A stretch of DNA of 63,729 nucleotides, the filler included, from Ministeria vibrans ATCC 50519 (taxonomy: Eukaryota > Protista > Filasterea), in assembly GCA_943704425.1 (NCBI GenBank). It is 4 parts of 4 records of this genome, joined end to end, with 100 filler letters (N's around TTAATTAATTAA, not from the genome) between each part and the next. Parts side by side here need not be neighbours in the genome. Positions count along the whole stretch, not along the records: positions 42,700 to 62,342 come from CALSCP010000636.1; positions 62,443 to 63,729 come from CALSCP010000058.1; 2 more parts are not named here. One strand, 5' to 3'. Under the pieces are notes generated by a model. The model was not told the DNA's origin. It did not search any database and saw only the letters and a program-made list of their open reading frames with translations. Positions 55,477 through 63,729 of the stretch are shown here, piece by piece (the stretch's first letter is position 1; each line of letters opens with the position of its first letter). The position numbers and the translations under genes are program-made.

Positions 55477-58400
55477 ATCGGGAATCTTCTTTGCACACGC
55501 TGAGCCGTCGCCAAAGCAGTGGGGCAAGGAGCCCAGGCCCACGTAAGTCTGACCGGGTTTGGCAAGATGTTTGCTGCACTCGATGCACTTGAAGCAATCG
55601 GCGTGCCACGTCTCACCCAGGAAGGGTACAATCGCCGGAATCTCACGAACCTTGGGCTCCTTCTTCTTGCCCTTCTCACGCTCCTTCTTCAGCGACTCAA
55701 TGTCCTTCTTCGCGTCCACCTTGACCGCCTTTTGTTCCCACGCACCCATTTTGAGCTTGCCCGGCTTCTTGCGTCGCTCCGCCTCGGCCGCCGCCTCATC
55801 CGCCTTGCGCTTCTCCTCGGCCGCCTTGGCGTCCGCCTCCGCCTTGGCTTCCGCCTGCTTCTCCGCGTCCAATCGCTTGGCGTCATCCTCGGCCGCCTTG
55901 TTGTCGGCGACCGCCTCATCCGCCTTGTTGTCCTCTTCGGGCACCAGTGGGTTGACACACACGCGACAGCGTGTGTAAAATTTGTTGCGGTAGCAGGGCA
56001 CACAAAAGACGCACTCGTCCTTGGCAATCCAACGGTTGTTCTCAAACATCTGGTCGCACTCGCAGCAGGTGAAGCACTCGGGATGCCAGGGGACACCGAG
56101 AGCCTCGAGGCCTTCGCGGAAAATGCGCTTCTTGCAGGCATTGCAGCGTGGCCCGTGCTTCTCCATGTAGTCCATCTCGCAGTAGGGCAGCCCGTCGACC
56201 ATGATGAATCCGTTCTGGTTGAACGCCTTGGCGCACGCCGTACACTTAAAGTGCGCCCGATGCCACAGCTTGCCCAGTGCCTCGACAACATCCTCGCTTT
56301 CGCCCAGTCGCGAGCTGCAACCACCACACACACGCACACGCAAGTTCATGCCCTCCGTCACTTCCGAAAAGGCCGCCTTCTTCTTCTCCACCTCGGGCGC
56401 CACCTTGACACCCTCGCGCTGCAATCGCAGTCGACGCTGACGCTCCGCCTCCTCCTCGCGCGCCAGCTGTGCCGGCGTCTTGATCGCCTTGCTAAACTCC
56501 TTGGTGGGCATCGAGTGACGCATAAAGTACTCGACATCGACAAAGGTGCGCGACTGACCCGGAATGATCTCGTTGATCTTCTTCTTGATGTCCACTTTTT
56601 GTTGCGCCTTCTCGCGTGCAATCTCCACGCGCGACTTCCCCTTTTTGTCCTTCTCCTTCTCTTCCTCCTTGACCACCTCGTAGTGGCCCACCTCTGCGAG
56701 CAACAAGTTGATGTTCTTCTTCACGCGGATGTCCGCCCACAACTGCGAGTAGGGCTTGGGCAGTGGCGGAGGGTCAAACACGCGATTGGCAAGCTTGCGC
56801 GGCAACACCTGGTACACCACCTCGCTAGAGCGCAGGCCCGGCAGACGACGCTCGCCCAGGTAATTGAAGACGGGCTCAAAGTCGGCAAGGGGCAGCAAGT
56901 CGTCCGTGTCGCTCTTCTTGAAACTGTAGTAGGTGTCCTCGCTGACGACGATCTGTCCGGACGTGGCAAGCTGTGCAACGCGTGCCGCACGTTGCTGTTG
57001 CGCTCCAAAGTAGTTGGTGCGGCCCGTCACTTCGTCCTGTTCAATCGAGCACTTGCACATGTGCATGCCCATCTTGATGGGGAGTGTGCGCTGTGCCACC
57101 AGCTTGCCCTTGCTGCCCACCTTCTTGAGCATGCAGTGGCGACTCGCCAGCACATCCTGTGGCCACTTCTCGTCAAGCAGATCCATGCTGGTGCGCAGAC
57201 AAAACATGACTGCCTGGGTGGGCTTGGGAAAAGCAAGCATGAACGCTTCGTTGTGCGAACGCACCTCGTAACCACCGCACTGACGCACCGCCGTGCGAAT
57301 GTAGTTGCGATACGTCGAAATAGCCATACGCATGCCATTTTGCGTCTCGCGCAGCAAATCCGAGACGTGCCGAATGTCCACAAAGACCAGCACGACATGA
57401 CCCGTGGGCGCATCGTTCTCCGGGTCCGAAATGACCGCGTCAGCAACCGCCTCGTACAAGCGCTCCTGACCGCGCGTGCCCAGCAGACGACGATCTTCAA
57501 GGCTCTTCGCGACCATATAGTGGATCTTGAGGGCGGGCTGATCGTCGCCGTTGACATTGAAATCGCCCATCTCCTCGAGTTGCAAGTTGAAACCGGGCGC
57601 GCTCGCGTTCGAGCCGCGCTCCTTGATATCGTCGACCACGTCCTGGGTCACGGCGACAAAGCCACCGTCGGCGAGAGCACACACGCGCGCCGCCACCTGC
57701 ACCACCGAGCCGTGGTACTCCATCTGCTTGGAGAGCTTGTCCAGTCGCGACGCCGCCTCGCCCGTGTGAATGCCCATCATGACACGGGGTCCGCGGAAGA
57801 GGAGCGTACCAGTGCCCTTGAGCGCCTCGACCTTCTCCTCCTCCGAGCCAGGCTTCGCCGCCTTGTTCTGCTTGCCCACCGTCTCGCCGTCGAGCTTCTT
57901 CTTCTTCTTTTTCGTCTTGGGCGTCGGCATGGGCTGTGCGTCGAGCTCTTCCTCGGACTCGAGCGCGTCGGGATGATCGTTGCGTCGTTGCGCTGCGGCC
58001 GCCTTGGCAGCAATTTCGCGGGCCAAGTTGCGCGCCTCCACGTCGCCCGAGGTCATCTCGTTTGCGACGGTGCTTTGAAGGATGTCCTCAGGCCAGTCGA
58101 GGTGCAACAGCTTCTCCTGGGTGTCCATGCACCAAGAGAGCGCGTCGGTCAGCTCCTGAAAGACCACCATGAAGGAGTCACCCTCAACGCGCACCTCGTA
58201 GCCATGGTGCGCCTGGATGGTCTCGCGCAGCAGTTCGTTGTGCATCTGCACACACTCAATCATGGCGCGCGGGTGGGACTCGGCGAGCAGTCGCGACTGG
58301 TGAATGCTGGTGAAGACAAACGTTGCCCGTCCGTGCGGGTGTTCACTCTCCTTGTCCAAAGCGTCGGCGGCCGAGTCAACAGGACTGTTGACATTCTGAG

Positions 58401-60082
58401 CGGGGTCGAGGGCGTTGGAGCTGGAGCGACGCCTGACAGCCTCCCGGTCGTTGGCAGCTGCGGCATTGGCGGCCGCGGTGGCCTTCTTCACCTCGGCCGG
58501 GTCGCGACCAAACGCCTCTTGAAGAGGTACGTGCTGCCGGCGAATGTGCTGGGTTGCATGGAGGTAGTCGGCGCGATCGATAGCGTTGATGGCCACAATG
58601 AGTTCGTAGGCGTTCTTCACAATGGCAAAGGCGGTGACAATGATGTCGGCGTCGACCTTCTTGCCACTGCGACCCACCTTGGAGAGCATGTCACCCTTGT
58701 CGACCATAAGGTCGGCGCGAATGCGATCTTCGTCGCCCGTGATGCCCGTCATGCCGCGCTTGCTTTTGATGAAAAAGATGAGCTGGTTTTTGGTCTCCTC
58801 CATGATGTCGCGGGCGTAGTACAGACGACCCGTGAGTGAGCCGTCGACGCCCACCAAGTCGAGATTGTCGACGGCGTGCGACAGCTGTTCGCACGCTCCC
58901 GTAATCTGATCGAGAGCGATGGGGTAGCCGACGCGCTTGCTGGCGTCGACGGCAATGCGTAGATCACGCACACCCTCGAGCAACTGAGCGACGTCGTCCT
59001 CCATCTCGAGTGTCATGATGGTGGGCTCCTCCTGACCAGCCTTCATCGCCTTTATGCGACGCTCCTTACGACGGTTCATGCGACGCGACACATCTGCTGA
59101 CTGGTCGCGCACGCTACCGGAGATACCACGGAGCGCCAGATACTCAGCAGGAAACTCGACCTCCATGCCAAAGTGGTCCTCGGACGTGGCCTTCTTCTCG
59201 ACACGCGTGCGATTCTGCATGTCAATGATTTGCAGGAGCTCCTTCATCAGTGACTTAGTCATGCCGGGCATGATGCGACCGAGATTCTCGTTGCGCTCGC
59301 TGAAGAGTCGATGAATGTTGGCGAGCTCCCACTCGAGATTGATTTCGTTGTACATGCCTGCCTCAAGACCGGTGGGCACGAACCGCTGCGAAGCGAAGAA
59401 GTCGACGGTGTTGCTAAGGCGAACACGCGTGTCGTTGACAACCTTGCCGGGCAGGTAGCTGGGCACGGGCGCCGGTGAGCCGTTGGGCTGGACCGCGACA
59501 ATTTGGGCGAGCGCCTCCACCACGAGAGGCAGGACGGCATGCACTTGGAGGGTGAAACGATCCGTGTTGAAGCCAAAGAGATCGGGTTTGGCAAGGTGCT
59601 GGCAAATGAGCTGCGTGAAGATGAAGTTGCGCACGAGGCAACGCACTTGCACCTCGTTGGGATAGCGGGCGCGGGTAATCGACACAATCTGGTCAATGAG
59701 CAGCTGGAGTTCCTCGGGCGCGTCGTCCTTGCAGTCGCACACATGATCAATGAGGTTGACGAGGAAGGGCTTCAGCGCATGGGCGTGCTCCTTGAAGATA
59801 GTCTCGTGGCTCTGCGAGAAATCCACCATAAACAGGTTCTGCGCCATGCCGGGGTCCATGAGTTGCTGCAACAACGGCTCCACCATGTTCTGAAGAAAGT
59901 TTCCACTCACATGGCGTGCGTAGCCCAACACAAAGCGCGACGCAACCGAGTCGCCCGAGAGCACGTCGGTCACCGACTCACTGTGTTCAACCTGAAACAA
60001 TCAAGCAATAATGATAATAAGAAGAATAATAATTAATAATAATAATTATTAATAAAATCATAAAATAATAATAATAACAATA

Positions 60083-60139
<57 letters not shown>

Positions 60140-61640
60140 ATCAATAGGGGAGAAACAAAAGAGGAAAGAGAAAGAAACAAAATGGAGAAAAGAAGAAAAA
60201 AATTAGGCAGGCAAACACACACACACACACACACACCCTCCCCCTCCCCTCACAGAACGATTAATACCTCGTAGGCGACGGCAGCAGTGACAAAGGGAAC
60301 GCCACAGTCGCGGACTTCAAGGACGTTGATGACGGAGGCGATGAAAGACTCGCGTTCGACACAGTGCTCGGCAAAGTCAATGTAGTTGCTGACCGAGAAA
60401 CCCTGTCGATGGGTCATGACGTTCATGAGGCGCTGATACGTCTCCATGGGATGCACTGAAAACTGTCAAACATATTACTATCGTTAATACAATTATAATC
60501 ATTATTATTACTGTTATTATTATAATAATCATTATTATTATTATAATAATTATTATTGTCCCTCGACAGACATACACAACACCATCACCATGTTGTGTTG
60601 CGTCTTTTTTCTCTTTCTCTTACCGTCTCTGTGCGATAGATGACACGAATCCAGCCAAACTTGGAGGAGTCACGCTGGTGCTCGGGAGGAAAGAGGGTTG
60701 ATGCCATGCTGGCGGAGGAGCGACGACGGACAGGAGCATGTGTGGCCGACTTGAGCGGCACAAGGTGGTTCTGCATGCGGACCTTGAGCTTATCATCTTT
60801 GCTCTGCTTAGAGGGGGCAGGCGGGAAGTTTGCCTCGTCCGGGGCACTCAAGTAGATCCATTTGTATGTCGCCACAATTGGCAAGAGGTGCTCAAGCGTG
60901 ACCAGATTTTCAGCAAGAATGAACTAAAATAACAAAATAAGTTTAATATATATATTATAATTATATTGTATATATATATATATGTGTGTGTGTGTGTGCT
61001 GTTGTTGTTGTTGCTGTTGTTTTTTCTTTTTCTTCGATTTCGCCACTCGTTCAATTTTCGCTCCGTTCACCTTTGATTCGGTGTCGGCAATGGACACGCG
61101 CAAGAACCACTTGGAATTGACTGCGGTAGAGAGGTCAATGTCGACGTTGCCCTTAACGTTGTCGTGACGTGACGAGGACGGGGGCGCCTTCATGATTTCG
61201 CTCTCGTGTAATGTGTCGCCTTCCCACCACACGGCCTGGACGGTGAGCTCCCACGACGAGGTAGTGCCCTGGAATAATAAATAGTGAACCGATACAATTA
61301 TGACTCTTATGCATTGCTTTCTTCTCTTACGAGCATGGCCACTTCGGTCTCACCAAAGGTGACGCGCAATTGGTTTGCTTCTTTGTTGAGACGGAACTTG
61401 AGATGAGCACGACCAATGGCGGTTCCCATGTCACCAAGAGGCGTTTCAAGGGGAAACCAGATGTCTTGTCCTTGCATCAATGGCAAAAACGATTTGGGAC
61501 CAAAGTGCAACTGCAAAATGAAGGAGTGAGGTCGAAAGTCTGAGTGGTACCTTTGTTCAAAAATTACCTGGCCAACACGTTTGTTCGTTGTACTGTCGCA
61601 CACGATGATCAGGTAGTCGCTGAACTCGCCAGCTGGAAAG
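55477..61640 (-). CDS. C2-like + degenerate RasGAP + helical bundle + two class III nucleotidyl-cyclase domains + three LIM domains; probably the 5' part of the same gene as the channel; start not located
   Basis: RasGAP-like SVASRFVLGYARHVSGNFLQNMVEPLL...PEELQ...NFIFTQLIC...PDLFG; cyclases FVFTSI...GYEVRVEGDSFM...GPRVMMGIHTG and LVFVDI...GGYEVR...IKMGMH...NYFG...AARV; LIMs CGGC...WHRAHFKCTAC, CNAC...WHPECFTCCEC, CRVC...WHADCFKCIEC. The C2 assignment of the upstream beta-rich exons is tentative. Confidence 0.85.
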
Positions 61641-62342
61641 GCAGAAGAAGAAGAAGAAGAAAGTATGAGGTAGAGTTGGCAGGGTATCAAGTGCGGAAGT
61701 GTTCAGCTCGAGTGTTAAAATGAAGACAGGATAAGATAACGTACAAAAAAACCGCTTGGTGCCGCAAAAAACCCAAAACCAACAAAAATCGATGAAAATG
61801 CCAATTTGACGAGGGGGGAGGTCGCCCAAATACAATCATTGACGAAGGGAAGGAACAGAGGAGCGGTGAGGGGAAGAGAAGACGCCAGGTGGGGCGAAAA
61901 ACAAAAAATCGCTTTGGCGATAAAAAGTGGGCTGTTTTGCACGAATATGAGTGTGTAAGGCGCAAGATGTGTGCACACGTCCGTGGTGAGTTGATGGCGT
62001 CTCACTAGAGTGGCAAGGCAAAGCCAGTGGCGACAGGAAATCCACAAAACAAACGAAAGAAGAGGAAAAAGCCCAAAAATAGAGACACTCATCGTCGGGG
62101 AGAGCTCAAAGTCGCATTGCGCAAGGCTCAGCACCGTCAAGAAACGGTAGGGTAAGACCCAGGGATAAAAAGCGGGCAGTCTACCAAAAATGGGCGTTTG
62201 TTTGTGCAATTGGAAAAAAAAAAAAGCGAAAATGCAACAAACGAAGAGTCAATTGATGAGAACGAAAGAGGGACTGGAGCCAACAAAGTCACGCGATCTG
62301 ACCACAAAACCAAACAACGTTCAGCAAGACGCACAAGAGAAA

Positions 62343-62442
62343 NNNNNNNNNNNNNNNNNNNNNNNNNNNNNNNNNNNNNNNNNNNNTTAATTAATTAANN
62401 NNNNNNNNNNNNNNNNNNNNNNNNNNNNNNNNNNNNNNNNNN
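62343..62442. other. Artificial contig spacer (44N-TTAATTAATTAA-44N)
   Basis: Same 100-nt linker. Confidence 0.95.
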
Positions 62443-62488
<46 letters not shown>

Positions 62489-62710
62489 GGGAGAAAGAAA
62501 CAAAGTGATAGAGAGAGAGAATGTTTTGTGAGGGAGTAACTACAGTTTAGTACTGATAAATAATAATAATTATCATAGGTTCGTTGCAAGCCACACACAT
62601 AATAAATACTTATGACTATTTATATATACCACAAAGACAGAAAGACAGACAAACAGGCAGGCAGACACACTCACTCGCTCACTCAAAGCAACAACAACAA
62701 CAACTATTAC

Positions 62711-63729
62711 CTTTTTGAGTTTTGCGGCCATCACCGTCATCTCGTTCTTCTGACTGCCGCGTACACGCTCAATCTCGTCATTGGCGGCGTCAATCTTCCC
62801 TTCAGCATGTTCCTTGAGCGCCACATATCGCCGCTCGCTCTGCGCGAGACTCTCCTGAGCCTGTGATACATTGCTGCGCAGAATAGTCTCATTCTTCTGG
62901 AATGTGTCAATAATCTCCTTGAGACGTTCATAGCGCCGGTGCAGGTCACTAAACGCCGTCTCGACCCCGCGCAGGTCGTCCAGCGCCTGTTCCTTCTCTT
63001 CGCCTAGTCGTCGTCGCGTCTCTTCGTCGCGTCGCTTTTGTCCCTCTCCGTCTTCAATCATCCGAGCAATCGTCGCCTCATAGTCGCTCAGCAGCATGAC
63101 AAGTTCCTGATCAATTCCACCAAAATATCAACCAACGTGCATAGTAGTAGTATGACTACGTTGTACCTTGTTCTGTTGTTGCTCGGAGGCAAGTTTGGCC
63201 TGTGTGGCTTCGAGTTGAGCGACAAGTGCACTGTCCGTGTGCACCGCAGTCGGAGCAGCCACCACTGCAACGGCCTCTGTGTGTGCGTTTGATGAATAAG
63301 AATCTCTCAATCTCTTATCTCTCTTCCGTGTCTTACCAATTGTAGCTTCTGCCATTGGCACAGTCTTTTCCTGGGTGACACCCACAAACGGGGTTACATC
63401 CGCCACAGGTGAAGGTGAGACGCGCTCCTTCAGTGCACTCGTCTCCTTCACAACATGCATGGGCTCGCGTGCTCCTCCGCCTCCACCCACTGGCAACTCG
63501 TCACTCATCCCGCTCGTCTTGGCAACTGCTTTCCCCACTCTACTCACCGGCTGCTCATCGAACGCGCTCTTGGGCGGCGTGGCAACAACAGGTTCCTCCT
63601 TTGCAGCCTCCTCTGGGAACTCACTCATGGTCATCTTGACACCTCCTCCCACCGGCTGCTCGTCAAATGCGCTCTTGGGCGGCGTGGCAACAACAGGTTC
63701 CTCCTTTGCAGCCTCCTCTGGGAATTCAC
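62711..63729 (-). CDS. TACC: TACC (transforming acidic coiled-coil) family protein, partial at both ends
   Basis: DYEATIARMIED...EKEQALDDLRGVETAFSDLHRRYERLKE...FQKNE...RYVALKEHAEGKIDAANDEI matches the TACC C-terminal domain. Confidence 0.88.
63546..63729 (-). repeat. 105-nt (35-aa) coding tandem repeat in TACC
   Basis: accggctgct at 63546 and 63651; unit MSEFPEEAAKEEPVVATPPKSAFDEQPVGGGVKMT; runs off the window end. Confidence 0.9.

Noticed and set aside
55519-58839. 1106-aa plus-strand ORF
   Set aside because: Antisense shadow of the strongly codon-biased minus-strand gene; no recognisable motifs

Overview
Gene-dense, intron-rich eukaryotic nuclear DNA: short GT-AG introns, many (CA)n/(TAT)n microsatellites, GC-rich exons and AT-rich spacers. 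The gene content (Rab4, TACC, PH-type INPP4, B3GALNT2, a claudin/PMP22-like protein, an IP3R-like channel, a ChAPs exomer subunit, dynactin p62) suggests a unicellular opisthokont, probably a holozoan; this is inference. Three 100-nt spacers (44N-TTAATTAATTAA-44N) are artificial contig joins, so the window is at least four pieces whose adjacency is unproven. About 22 genes can be reconstructed by manual splicing. The standout is a ~13 kb minus-strand locus. There, C2-like/RasGAP-like/helical-bundle/tandem class III cyclase/3xLIM coding sequence appears spliced in frame, via a 54-nt phase-0 intron, onto the C-terminal two-thirds of an IP3-receptor channel that lacks the IP3-binding N-terminus. 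It is either a novel chimeric Ca2+-release channel or a misjoin at a poly-T tract. Also notable: a signal-peptide tandem-SET methyltransferase ending in HSDL, a claudin/PMP22-like tetraspan with a PDZ-ligand tail, and a Pif1/Helitron-like fragment next to a TPR fragment. All family assignments come from motif recognition by eye; no database searches were run.
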